Assembly (NCBI GenBank): GCA_963666275.2 | Contig: CAXXOA010000001.1 | Location: 608,001 to 672,000, forward strand | Direction of reading: 5' to 3' | DNA length: 64,000 nucleotides | Origin: Oceanispirochaeta sp. | Lineage (GTDB): Bacteria > Spirochaetota > Spirochaetia > DSM-2461 | In this document: positions 31,950 through 44,300 of the stretch, in pieces | Numbering within the stretch: the stretch's first letter is position 1 | How the letters are laid out: the number at the start of each line of letters is the position of its first letter | Made by a program: the position numbers and the translations under genes | The notes under the pieces: generated by a model | What the model saw: only the letters and a program-made list of their open reading frames with translations | Told to the model about the DNA's origin: nothing | Databases searched by the model: none

Positions 31950-32102
31950 CTAGCAGATCTCCCTCTGGATCTTTAAGAAAAAGTCCAAATCCCCTTTCTC
32001 AAAATGAGAATAATTCCTCGTAGTCTCGATATCTTTGTGCCCGACAATCTGCTGGACAAGGTAGAGAGGCATCCCTGTAGCAAGAAGTCTGCTATTACAG
32101 TA
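31950..32102 (-). pseudogene. Tyrosine recombinase (integrase) C-terminal remnant
   Basis: Hand translation YCNSRLLATGMPLYLVQQIVGHKDIETTRNYSHFEKGDLDFFLKIQREIC* contains box II GH...T..Y. Not in the ORF track. Confidence 0.8.
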
Positions 32103-32356
32103 GGAAGAAAAGCTGAAATGGATTCTGTATTCAGCAGAATGAAAGAAATTTATTCTTAATGATGAAATCTCTCAATCTCAATTGAATGTGGCAATATTGC
32201 CAGATTTAACCGCCTGTTCACCAGGTGAACCGATAAATATAATACTACTATATGAACCGATGGTTCATATTGCATAAGCTTCATGCATTGAGTTGAACTT
32301 GTACTATCAGCGGTACTAATCATGAAATCTTGCATATATCACTATTACAATTAAAT

Positions 32357-33244
32357 TTATACCGTAGCTGTAACATCAAGTTTATCTCTTGCAGGAGTTA
32401 TTCCAAAGAGCCGTTTATATTCCCGGCTGAATTGAGAAGAGCTTTCATACCCAACTCTGGAGGCTGCTGAATAAGCCTTTTCTCCTTCAATTTGAATGAG
32501 CTCTTTTGCTCTATGCAGTCTGATATTCTTTATATACTGCAAAGGTGATGTACTGGTAACTGCCCGAAAATTATTATTAAAAGCAGATACGCTCATTCCT
32601 GCTTCTTTTGCCAGTGTTTGCATCTCAAGTGGATCAGAAAAGTTCTCATTGATGATATTAATGACCCTTGAAATCTGGTATAGATTTCTATTGTTGTATG
32701 CCAATTCCTTTAGAAATTCACCATGTTCACCCCGAAGAACCTTAAATATGATTTCTTTAACATAGAGAGGACCGAGTATCTCTGTATCATCCTTTGTTTT
32801 TATGGCTTTCAGGAGACGAACGGCTGCATCAATTATCTCCTCAGACATTTCGGCCCGAAACAGGCTATTGCTGATTTGATCCCTGTTGAGAGGAGCCGTA
32901 TTCATATCTGTAATGATTTCACCAATAATCTTTGGATCAATTTCTATAACAATTCCTAAAAGTGGTTCACCTGGTTTAATGATGGCTTCACATATTACAG
33001 GCAGAGGTACTGTTACAACAAAATAATTATTTTTGTCGTAAGTATAGATCTTATCTCCAAGATAAACATTCTTTGTCCCCTGAGCCATGAGAATGATTTC
33101 CGGTTTATATACAAGGGGAACTGCTTCATAAGGAGTTTCCCTTCTTATCAGATTAACACCGTTTACACTGGTTTGCATTTTCATGTCTGATGGCAGAAGT
33201 TCCATCAATAAATCCTTCATTGTTTCTATTGTGTAATTCATCAT
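32357..33244 (-). CDS. AraC-family regulator (YqhC-like N-terminal domain)
   Basis: AQGTK, SPLQYIK and VGYESSSQFSREYKRLFG. Confidence 0.92.
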   Translation of the reverse strand: MMNYTIETMKDLLMELLPSDMKMQTSVNGVNLIRRETPYEAVPLVYKPEIILMAQGTKNVYLGDKIYTYDKNNYFVVTVPLPVICEAIIKPGEPLLGIVIEIDPKIIGEIITDMNTAPLNRDQISNSLFRAEMSEEIIDAAVRLLKAIKTKDDTEILGPLYVKEIIFKVLRGEHGEFLKELAYNNRNLYQISRVINIINENFSDPLEMQTLAKEAGMSVSAFNNNFRAVTSTSPLQYIKNIRLHRAKELIQIEGEKAYSAASRVGYESSSQFSREYKRLFGITPARDKLDVTATV

Positions 33245-33432
33245 AATGTCCTTTCTAATAAAGATTATCTCATATGAGCAATAAATGTAATGAAAATCAC
33301 TCAATAACAAGATTGAATTAGCGGAATAGGCAATTCTAATATCCGAATTGGCATTTTATTGAATCCTCTTTGGCAATACATTTAAGCCAGAAGTTGAATC
33401 CATTCTGTGGTTTCAATGGAGAGGAGAGTTTA

Positions 33433-34827
33433 GTGGCTGAGAGTCTAAGTATAGAACCACAAATCACGAATAGTAAAATAGATATAGAACAGAAGGAGTT
33501 TTTGTTTACCAACAAGAATCTCATTTTTCTGTTTATACCAATTCTCATAGAGTTATTTTTGGAATACGCCGTAGGTTTTGCTGATTCAATTATGGTTTCC
33601 CATGTAGGTGAAGCCGCTGTATCTGGAGTATCCCTGGTAAATTTTATTATGCAGCTTCTTATAAGTCTGTTTGCAGCAATTTGTACCGGTGGTGCAGTGA
33701 TTGCCGGACAATATCTGGGAAAGAAGGATAAAAAGAATTCTATCCAGGCCGCAGATCAGTTGGTCTGGTTTGTCGGAATACTCTCTGCTGTTATTATGAT
33801 TATTACTTTAATGTTGAAATCTTTCATCATAGGAACCTTATTCGGACATATTTCAGAAGAAGTACGGGCAAATTCGGAAATCTATTACAATATAGTCATT
33901 CCATCGATTCCATTTCTTGCCTTGATCAATGCAGGAGCTGCCGTATATCGAACATCCGGTAATTCCAAACTTCCCATGAAAATAATGCTGGGGGTCAATT
34001 CCATCAATGTATTGGGAAATGCCTTCTTAATCTATGGTATGAAAATGGGAACAGCAGGGATTGCCATACCAACACTTATATCACGAATAGCTGGTGCAGT
34101 AATCCTCATTTCCCTTCTTTTGAATAACAGGCTTCCCTTGCATATCAAAAGTGAAATCAGGCATCACTTCGACTTTCCAATGATTGCGAGAATCTTGCGG
34201 GTAGGTGTCCCTTTCGGACTGGAAAACAGCTTGTTTTTTCTGGGAAGACTCCTGGTTCTAAGCTTGGTAGCGACATTAGGAACTCCATCGATTGCTGCAA
34301 ATTCCATTGCACTTACTCTGGCTCTCTTTTCTGTTCTTCCTGGAATGGCAATAAATATTGGAATGACTCCAGTGATCTCCCAGTGTATTGGAGCAGGCGA
34401 TTTTGAGCAGGCACGATTTTACCATAAGAGGATACTGCTTTTTATCTATGTTTCCTTAATTGCAATAAATGCCGTAATCCTGACTTTATTACCGGGGATT
34501 CTCAATGTCTATCATCTGTCTGAAACAACCTACCATCTTACCTATCAACTGGTTTTCTGGCATGGAGTCGTCGCAGTATTAATCTGGCCCATGGCTTACT
34601 CTCAACCCGTGACATTCCGTTCGGCCGGTGATGCCAGATTCCCTATGCTGACAGCGACTATTTCGATGTTCATTTGCCGGATACTCATGTCTTACATCTT
34701 TGTGCAATTTTTTAGAATTGGTTTGTTTGGAACCTATTTAGCAATGTTTATGGATTGGGTCGTTAAAGCCATCATATTTACCGTCCGCTATATTTCCGGG
34801 CGATGGATGCGATTCAAATTGATTTGA
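33433..34827 (+). CDS. MATE-family efflux transporter
   Basis: DSIMVSHVGEAAVSGVSL; about 12 TM helices; GTG start after GAGGAG. Confidence 0.9.
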   Translation: MAESLSIEPQITNSKIDIEQKEFLFTNKNLIFLFIPILIELFLEYAVGFADSIMVSHVGEAAVSGVSLVNFIMQLLISLFAAICTGGAVIAGQYLGKKDKKNSIQAADQLVWFVGILSAVIMIITLMLKSFIIGTLFGHISEEVRANSEIYYNIVIPSIPFLALINAGAAVYRTSGNSKLPMKIMLGVNSINVLGNAFLIYGMKMGTAGIAIPTLISRIAGAVILISLLLNNRLPLHIKSEIRHHFDFPMIARILRVGVPFGLENSLFFLGRLLVLSLVATLGTPSIAANSIALTLALFSVLPGMAINIGMTPVISQCIGAGDFEQARFYHKRILLFIYVSLIAINAVILTLLPGILNVYHLSETTYHLTYQLVFWHGVVAVLIWPMAYSQPVTFRSAGDARFPMLTATISMFICRILMSYIFVQFFRIGLFGTYLAMFMDWVVKAIIFTVRYISGRWMRFKLI

Positions 34828-34852
34828 AAACTATTAGTTAGAAGGAGTTTAT

Positions 34853-35707
34853 ATGGAATATGTTGAATTAAATAATGGAATCAAAATGCCTATGCTCGGT
34901 TACGGGGTTTATCAGGTGAACCCCGATGAGTGTGAAAGATGTGTTCTGGATGCCATCTCTACTGGATATCGTCTTATTGATACCGCCCAGGCTTACTTCA
35001 ACGAAGAAGGGGTTGGTAGGGCTATTGAAAAATGCGAGGTGCCCCGGAATGAACTTTTCATCACAACAAAAGTCTGGCTTGAAAATTATGGATTTGAGAA
35101 AACAAAAGAATCTGTCTACAGGTCCATGGAGAAACTCAAGCTTGATTATCTGGACCTGGTTCTACTCCATCAGCCTTTCAGTGATTATTACGGATCTTAT
35201 CGTGCACTGGAAGAACTATATCGGGAAGGGGTTCTGAAATCCATCGGGGTTAGTAATTTCTATCCCGATAGATTATCTGATATCTGTGCTTTTACAGACA
35301 TCATCCCACAGGTCAATCAGGTAGAGACAAATCCTTTGAATCAGCAGATTGAAGCCCAGATCAACATGGATAAAAATAATGTACGAATAGAATCCTGGGC
35401 TCCTTTCGGAGAGGGTAGAAGTGGTATGTTCTCCAATTCTGTATTGACGGGAATCGGCAACAAATATGGAAAATCTTCGGCTCAGGTAATCCTCCGATGG
35501 CTTGTACAGCGTGGAGTTATTGCTTTGGCAAAGTCTGTTCGCATAGCGCGGCTGAAAGAGAATTTTGAAATATTCGACTTTGAATTATCAGTGGAGGATA
35601 TGGAAATGATCAAAGCTTTGGATACCCAGACCAGTCTGTTTTTCTCCCATCAGGATCCTGCCACAGTGGATTTTTTTGTTGAACTGATAAAGAAACGGAG
35701 ACAGTAA
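34853..35707 (+). CDS. Aldo/keto reductase (2,5-DKG reductase-like)
   Basis: IDTAQAY, ITTK, LLHQP and IGVSNF. Confidence 0.93.
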   Translation: MEYVELNNGIKMPMLGYGVYQVNPDECERCVLDAISTGYRLIDTAQAYFNEEGVGRAIEKCEVPRNELFITTKVWLENYGFEKTKESVYRSMEKLKLDYLDLVLLHQPFSDYYGSYRALEELYREGVLKSIGVSNFYPDRLSDICAFTDIIPQVNQVETNPLNQQIEAQINMDKNNVRIESWAPFGEGRSGMFSNSVLTGIGNKYGKSSAQVILRWLVQRGVIALAKSVRIARLKENFEIFDFELSVEDMEMIKALDTQTSLFFSHQDPATVDFFVELIKKRRQ

Positions 35708-35717
35708 CGGTAAGAAT

Positions 35718-36386
35718 ATGAAAAAGATCTTATTTACATTTATAGCACTGACCCTATTTCTTTCGTTTGCCGGATGTGAAGAACGTTCCACTAATGAAGT
35801 CCGGAATGAGGCTGAAAGTAATGAAACGGAGAGTTCTATAAACAGTAACATACTCGTTGTCTACTTCTCTATGCCGGAGAGTAGCGGTATTGATGCATTG
35901 GCAGGTGCGAGCAGGGTTGTTGAGAACGGGATTGTTCTTGGAAATACCCAATGGGTTGCAGATCGAATTGTTGAATTAACAGGAGCAACTCAATTTGCTA
36001 TTAAAACAGTACAGGATTATCCCGGAAGTCATAAAGCTCTTGTCGAGCAAGGTACAACAGAGAAGAGAACTAATGCACGTCCTGATCTTAGAACGCATAT
36101 CAGCAATCTTGATGACTATGATGTGATCTTTATAGGTTATCCAATCTGGTGGGCTGAACTTCCTATGCCTCTTTACAGTTTCTTGGAAGAGTATGATTTT
36201 TCTGGAAAGAGAATTATTCCCTTCAGTACTCACGGAGGAAGCCAACTAGCTGGAACAATTGATACCCTTAAAGAAAAACTTCCCAACTCAGAGGTGGTTG
36301 AGAATGCATTCACTGTATCCCGCGATCATGTTCGGGAAAGCAAAGCAAGCATTGCAGATTGGTTGGATGAACTGGGGGTGATATGA
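35718..36386 (+). CDS. Lipoprotein flavodoxin
   Basis: Lipobox FAGC; GNT, GYPIWW and FSTHGGS. Confidence 0.85.
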   Translation: MKKILFTFIALTLFLSFAGCEERSTNEVRNEAESNETESSINSNILVVYFSMPESSGIDALAGASRVVENGIVLGNTQWVADRIVELTGATQFAIKTVQDYPGSHKALVEQGTTEKRTNARPDLRTHISNLDDYDVIFIGYPIWWAELPMPLYSFLEEYDFSGKRIIPFSTHGGSQLAGTIDTLKEKLPNSEVVENAFTVSRDHVRESKASIADWLDELGVI

Positions 36387-36904
36387 AAAAGAGAATCTTA
36401 ATTGCCTATTATTCACGAAAGGGTCAAAACTATTCTGATGGAAGTATTGTCGACTTGAAGGTTGGTAATACTGAGAAGATGGCAGGTTATATTAAAGACA
36501 TCACCGGTGGAGACCTCTTTGAAATTACAACGGTTAAGTCCTATCCCCTTGATTACACAGAAACGACGAGGGTCGCGCAGAGAGAACTTGATGATAATAC
36601 AAGACCTGAATTAAAAGAGTACCTAACGGATCTGGATGAGTACGATACTCTTATCCTGGGATATCCCAATTGGTGGGGGACAATGCCGATGGCTGTATTC
36701 TCATGTTTTGAATTGGTTGATCTATCTGGAAAAACAATTCTCCCTTTCTGTACTCATGAAGGCAGTGGCTTGGGACATAGTATACAGGATCTGAAATCTT
36801 TTGCGGGTAATGCTGAAATAAAAGAAGGACTGGCAGTACAAGGTTCCCAGGTGGATCAAGCTCAACAAACTGTTAGTCGCTGGTTAAAAAATTTGGAGTA
36901 CTGA
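36383..36904 (+). CDS. Flavodoxin
   Basis: AYYSR, GNT, GYPNWWG and FCTHEGSG. Confidence 0.9.
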   Translation: MKKRILIAYYSRKGQNYSDGSIVDLKVGNTEKMAGYIKDITGGDLFEITTVKSYPLDYTETTRVAQRELDDNTRPELKEYLTDLDEYDTLILGYPNWWGTMPMAVFSCFELVDLSGKTILPFCTHEGSGLGHSIQDLKSFAGNAEIKEGLAVQGSQVDQAQQTVSRWLKNLEY

Positions 36905-36937
36905 TTGCTGTCAGCTATAACTTGAAGGATTGGAAAA

Positions 36938-38044
36938 ATGAATAGTATTAAGAAGAACTTTGGATTCGGTTGTATGCGGTTGCCTATGAAAAATGGAGAC
37001 GTCGATTATGATCAGTTCTCTGAGATGATCGATACATTCCTGGGAAATGGTTTTAACTATTTCGATACGGCTCATGTCTATCTTGGCGGGAAAAGCGAAC
37101 CTGCACTGAGGGAGTGCCTGGTAAAGCGATACCCCAGAGACAGCTATATACTGACGACAAAGTTAACACAGCACTGCTTTAATAAAGAGGAAGAGATCCG
37201 TCCTCTGTTTGACCGTCAGTTGAAAGCATGCGGTGTAGATTATTTTGACTACTATCTTATGCATGCTCAGAGTGAAGAAATCTATGCAAAGTTCACGTGT
37301 TGTCGCGGATATGAAATATCAAGGGAGCTGAAGGCTGAAGGAAAGTTCAAGCATTTCGGTATTTCATTCCATGATAAAGCATCGGTACTGGATAAAATCC
37401 TAACAGAAAATCCTTATATCGAAGTGGTTCAGATTCAGCTTAATTATATGGATTTTGAAGACCCTGCCGTACAGAGCAGAGAGTGCTATGAAGTTTGCAG
37501 AAAGCATGGGAAGCCTGTCATTGTCATGGAACCCCTTAAAGGGGGGAATCTAGTCAATCTTCCGGAGCAGGCTGCTCGTTTATTCGATGAACTTCAGGGA
37601 GGCAGCTACGCAAGCTATGCTCTCCGTTTCGCGGCCGGGTTTGAAGGTGTATTAATGGTGCTTTCCGGTATGAGCAATATGGAAGATATGAAAGACAACA
37701 TCAGTGCCATGAAAGAGTTTGAGCCTTTGACAGAGAGGGAGAAACAGACAATAGATAAGGTTTGTGAGGTTTTCAGTTCCATGAGTTTAATCCCCTGTAC
37801 TGCCTGCCGCTATTGTACGGATGGATGTCCAAAGAACATTGATATTCCGAATCTATTTGCATGTATGAATGCCAAGGAACTCTACAACAACTGGAATACC
37901 GATTACTATTACAGTAATGTTTATACAGTCAGAAATGGTAAAGCATCGGACTGTATAAAGTGTGGGAAATGTGAGTTCGTTTGTCCCCAGCATCTGAAAA
38001 TTACTGAATTACTTGCAAATGTTGCCGCAGAATTTGAAAAATAG
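36938..38044 (+). CDS. Aldo/keto reductase with a C-terminal 4Fe-4S dicluster
   Basis: GFGCMRLP and FDTAHVY; CTACRYC...CP and CIKCGKC...CP. Confidence 0.9.
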   Translation: MNSIKKNFGFGCMRLPMKNGDVDYDQFSEMIDTFLGNGFNYFDTAHVYLGGKSEPALRECLVKRYPRDSYILTTKLTQHCFNKEEEIRPLFDRQLKACGVDYFDYYLMHAQSEEIYAKFTCCRGYEISRELKAEGKFKHFGISFHDKASVLDKILTENPYIEVVQIQLNYMDFEDPAVQSRECYEVCRKHGKPVIVMEPLKGGNLVNLPEQAARLFDELQGGSYASYALRFAAGFEGVLMVLSGMSNMEDMKDNISAMKEFEPLTEREKQTIDKVCEVFSSMSLIPCTACRYCTDGCPKNIDIPNLFACMNAKELYNNWNTDYYYSNVYTVRNGKASDCIKCGKCEFVCPQHLKITELLANVAAEFEK

Positions 38045-38127
38045 AATGAGATTTGTAATCCCCGGTTTATAAAGTACATTTCCATCATTTGTACTTTGTT
38101 TTCCAGGGGATTACAGCTAATCATGTA

Positions 38128-38279
38128 ATATCGAATTCCTGCTCCATTCCAACCAATCCCATCATCGGAATTGAATGTGGAGAGATTGCTACATTCCCGG
38201 CTCGGATATCTTCAAATCCACGTTATAATGATGGTTGCTGAGAGGTTCAGAGTTTAAACCCTACATAAACAAAAGTGCC
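38128..38279 (+). repeat. Intergenic repeat family, long copy
   Basis: Core TTCCAACC..TCCCATCATCGGAA.TGAAT.TGGAGAGATT.CTA.ATT; the last 39 bp match 56305-56343 at 38/39. Confidence 0.9.
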
Positions 38280-38322
38280 ATACCCTGAGCGTCAGTTGGA
38301 GGTAAGGTTTAAATCGGTAATA

Positions 38323-38381
38323 TAGAAATCATTCTTAATTTGAATCAATCCTGTCATCGGAACTGAATACGATGGAGAGGT
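38323..38381 (+). repeat. Intergenic repeat family, degenerate copy
   Basis: AGAAATC...CAATCCTGTCATCGGAACTGAATACGATGGAGAG. Confidence 0.6.
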
Positions 38382-38698
38382 TATAGGATTCAATATCCTG
38401 CACATCCTTGACTCAGTATTTTCCTTTTTCACCAAACTAGGGAATTTCAACAAATATAATCAAATGTACTACTGGAGCTGTTAATCCTTGTTTCTTTCTC
38501 GAATCGAAAAGGTTTTTTAATGACAAAAAATCTTATAGTTTTAATCTAAATCAACAGGAATAGGTCTGTTCTGTACTACCGTCTTCATGACTATTGTGGA
38601 TGTAAGGCGCTGAACCGATGGAATCTTTGATAAAGATTGATCATATAATGAACCGCACCGGGTTTTCCGGAGACACAATTATGTGAGAGGATTGTGTT

Positions 38699-39927
<1,229 letters not shown>

Positions 39928-40339
39928 AACAGTCTCCGGAATTTCCGGTACGGTTCAAAGCTTATTTTTTTAATATGTATTCTCTTGAACAAAGATTTTC
40001 ATGGTCTCACAGATACGGGATATCTCATTTGTATTGCGTAGCTCTTTGATAAGTAGGATCGGTTGCTTTATTTTCTCCCTTGAGATGTACAAATTTATGA
40101 TATCCTTCACAGGGAGAAAAGGAGTTTCTAGGCTCTAGTTGTCTTTCATTTTCTGGAATGGTGTGATGAATAGTATCTTTGAAAACATCATATGTCCTCT
40201 GGTTCCGGCAAGAAGCGTATTTGTAAATAATCTGGACTAACTCTGAAAATACCGAAAGTTTACTTTCCTGTTACTCTTCAGACAGATATTTCCTTTAGAA
40301 AATACATCATGCGGACTGTTCCGCATCTAATAGGAGATA

Positions 40340-41380
40340 TTGAAAATGAGAAAGGCATTGTTTGCTTTATTAATAACCATAGCAGTAATTTTCACTTCCT
40401 GCTCCGGCGGAAATGACGAATCTCAGGAACAACTGCTGTCCGGACAATCAAAGGATGCTCAAGTCCCTGTCAGGGTGGAAAAAGTAGAGAGCGAATCGTT
40501 CAGACAGTACCAGTCCTATACTTCAGTTCTGAATGGCTCAAATGAAGTTGTAAAAAATTCTGCTCTCAGCGGAGTTATCGAAGACGTCCTGTTTGAGACA
40601 GGGGATTTTGTACAAAAAGATGAAATCGTCCTGACTTTTCCGAAGGAGACCTCTTCCGCTCAGTATTATCAGAGCCGGGCATCATATGAAGCTGCCGAAA
40701 AAACATTCAGCCGTATGAAAAATCTCTATAACAGCAATAGCATTTCCAGGCAGGAATATGAGCAGGCAAAAACTCAGTACGATGTTCAGCGGGCTAATTG
40801 GAAGGCAGTCTCCGATATGGTCGAAGTGAAAGCCCCGGTTTCCGGCTACATCACACTCTTGTCGGTAAATGCATCAGACAGCGTCTCTCAGGGGGACTCT
40901 CTATTTACTATATCCAACTATCAGACTCTTACGGCGACGATTTCGGTTCCGGACCGCTTCATCAAGGATCTATCTGTAGATCAGGATGCGGAAGCCATTT
41001 GGGAGGGCAATACGGTTTTCGGTAAAGTCACTCGTGTCAATCTGTCCAAAGATTCCAGACATAAAGCGTTCACCGTTCAGCTGGCATTCGGCAATCCCGA
41101 CTTCATAATACCCAGCGGCGTCACAGCAAAAATACGTATCAATACTATGATAAATGATGATGTCATTGTACTGCATAGAGATCAATTCCTGACAGATCAT
41201 TCAGGGGCCTATGCTTTTGTGCTGAATAATGGAAAGGCCGAAAAAAGGGATCTCCAACTGGGCCGCCATCATGGATTCTACTATGAAATAGAATCGGGGC
41301 TTACTGAAAATGATATTCTGATTATCGAGGGACTCCTGCTGCTTGAGAATCAATCAGATGTTACGGTCATTAACGGCTGA
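40340..41380 (+). CDS. RND efflux periplasmic adaptor (lipoprotein)
   Basis: Lipobox FTSC; VKAPVSG. Confidence 0.9.
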   Translation: MKMRKALFALLITIAVIFTSCSGGNDESQEQLLSGQSKDAQVPVRVEKVESESFRQYQSYTSVLNGSNEVVKNSALSGVIEDVLFETGDFVQKDEIVLTFPKETSSAQYYQSRASYEAAEKTFSRMKNLYNSNSISRQEYEQAKTQYDVQRANWKAVSDMVEVKAPVSGYITLLSVNASDSVSQGDSLFTISNYQTLTATISVPDRFIKDLSVDQDAEAIWEGNTVFGKVTRVNLSKDSRHKAFTVQLAFGNPDFIIPSGVTAKIRINTMINDDVIVLHRDQFLTDHSGAYAFVLNNGKAEKRDLQLGRHHGFYYEIESGLTENDILIIEGLLLLENQSDVTVING

Positions 41381-41393
41381 AGGAGGTAAATAT

Positions 41394-44300
41394 ATGTTCT
41401 TATCAGATTTTTCCATAAAAAAACCCGTCATTATTATAATGGGAATCATTACACTGTTTTTATTCGGGCTACTGGCGTATTTCAAAATACCTCTGAGTCT
41501 TATGCCCGATACGAAGGTTCCGTACATCTCCATACAGACTATTTACGGAGGCGCTACGCCTGATCAGATAGAAAAACAGATTACCAGCAAAATAGAAGAG
41601 GAAGTCAGTACTCTCAGCGGTATTGAAACTATCCAGTCCTATAGTATGGACAGCGTTTCCCTCATCACCCTGGAGTTTTCTCTGGATAAAGATGCCGACA
41701 CGGCCAGTCAGGAAGTCAAAGAGAAAGTGGATGCGATCATTGATGATCTTCCGGATGATGCCAATACACCTGTGGTCTCGAAAATGGACCTGACTGCCAC
41801 TGCTGTTATGACTCTGGTTCTGCAGGGGGAGCTTGAGCCATCGGAGCTTTATAAGATAGCCGATACTGAACTCAAAGATAAACTTTCCCGTATTCCGGGT
41901 GTTGGGGATGTAGACGTAGAAGGCGGACAGGAAGAGGAAATCCGCATTGTTTTCAGGAACAATACAGTTTATGAATACAACCTGAACCTTCTTCAGCTCG
42001 GTAGGCTCCTGGATGAAGAGAATAATGCTCTGCCTGGAGGGAATTTTGAAAACGAAGAACAGGAATACTCTGTCAATTTCAAGGGGGCATTCAGGGATCT
42101 GAATGAAATCGCCAACCAGGAAATTCCCACAGAATACGGTTATTTCCCGCTGAACCAGCTGGCATCAATAGAAAAGGGACCGGCAGACATTAAAAAGAGA
42201 ATTACCTACTACAGCGGGATAGAGGGATCAGAAGATAAAAACAGTGTCCTTCTGAGTATTGTCAAATCATCAGATGGAAACTCCGTTGATATCGCCGAGA
42301 AAGTCACCGGAGAACTGGCTGCCATCAACAGCACTCTCCCTGCAGGAGCATCCCTCTCAATTGTCAGCGATGATTCTGTGCTTGTTAAAAATACGGTTAA
42401 AGACACGCAGTCAAGTATTCTTCTCGGTATTCTCTTTACATCACTGGTTCTGCTTTTTTTCCTGCATGACCTAAGGTCCACAATTATCGCAGCCCTTTCG
42501 ATGCCCCTTTCCATCATCCCTACCTTCATCATTCTGAATGCTCTGAACATATCCATGAATGAGATGTCCCTTATGGGGATTTCCACTTCCGTCGGTGTTC
42601 TTGTCATGAACTCCGTGGTGGTTCTGGAAAATATATTCCGCCATAAATCCATGGGAAATTCACCATCCCGGGCTGCGTCCCTGGGGGCAAAGGAAGTAGC
42701 AACAACCGTCTTTGCTTCTACATTGACGAATATCTGTGTTTTCCTCCCTCTGGGAACTATGGGCGGAATTGCCGGTATGTATATGAAAGACTTTGCTCTC
42801 ACAGTCGTTGTATCTACTGTCTTCTCTCTATTGATTTCATTCACACTGACTCCTATGATGGCATCCCGGCTTCTTCCCGCTGAAATACGCAAAAAATCCG
42901 GTTTCGCCTTTAAAGTGGAATCGTTCTTTCATGGCCTGGAAAAGGGATATGAAAAAATCCTCTCATCCATTCTCTTTAGTAAAAAACGGAGTCTCCTTCT
43001 CATTACTGCTACCTTTATTGCCTTTGTGATTGCCCTTGCTGGATTCTCCAAAGTCCCTATAGAATTCACTCCGGTTTCGGACAGCGGTAAAGTCCTTGTG
43101 GAAGTGGAGCTCCCTCAGGATGCGTCTCTCAGTCAGACTTCTGATAAAATCAAAGAGATAGAATCTATCGTGAAAACCTTTGATGAAGTCGACAGGTTTG
43201 TTACAACACTGGGGGGGCTGTCCTCTCTTGATACAGGAACCCATCTGGCAAAGCTGCAGATAGAACTCAAGAACTCAAGGGAAGTTACAACTCAGGAAAT
43301 CACTGAAGATATAGATCTGGCGTTGAAAAATGTAACGAACGCCCGTATCAGGGTAAAAGTTTCGGGGGATAAAGAAATTGATTCTTCAGCAGTCAGCTTT
43401 TACCTTCAGGCGGAAGATATGGAAACCCTGGAAGAGTATGTTCCCCGTTATCTTGAAAAACTGGACGCACTGGAAGAAACAAGAAGTGTCGAATCCAGTA
43501 TAAAATCCGGTAAGCCTGAAATTAATATTTATCCCCACAGGGATAAATTGAGAGATATGGGGATATCCGCGCAGGCTCTTTCTTCCTACATAAGAGCTTC
43601 AATCGACGGAATCGTCATGACAGAACTGGAATCGGGTGGAGACGAATATGATGTGAGAATTATGCTGGACCGGTCTGACATCTCCAGTTATGAAGGCATT
43701 GAAAATATTCCTGTTAAGACCTCTTCAGGTATTTATCCATTGTCTTTCTTTGCTGATATAGAAATTGAAAACGGTATAAGTAAGCTCATGCGTACAAACA
43801 AGCTGCCTACTGTCGAGTTAGTCGGATCCCTGAAAGCCGGGGTGGCCCAGAGTGAGGTTACAACCCAGATAACAGCCATTCATAATGAGATGAACGGCGG
43901 CGAAGTTACTCTGAAATGGAGCTCTGTTTCTGATCTTATGAACGAGTCCACCACTAGTATGGGAATTGCTTTCCTTATGGCTATCCTTCTGACTTATATG
44001 CTCCTGACAGCGGTACTGGGAAAGTTCGGTCAGCCTCTTCTGATCCTCTCCACTGTTCCCTTCTCCCTTATCGGAGTCGTCTCCATCTTTCTGATTACCG
44101 GTCTGGCTATGAATATTATATCCATGCTGGCTATCATTATGCTGGTCGGGATGGTTGTGAACAATGCTATCCTGATTCTCGAGTATACCAATCAGCTCAA
44201 GGCCGGAGGGATGAGTACCAGAGAAGCTCTGCTGAAAGCCTGTCCCACCAAACTTCAGCCTATTCTTATGGCCAATATCGCTACAATTCTGGGAATGCTT

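Noticed and set aside
38280..38290. ATACCCTGAGC also found at about 46250 as a possible TSD
   Set aside because: The second copy lies inside an intact response-regulator gene with no element end beside it; likely chance.
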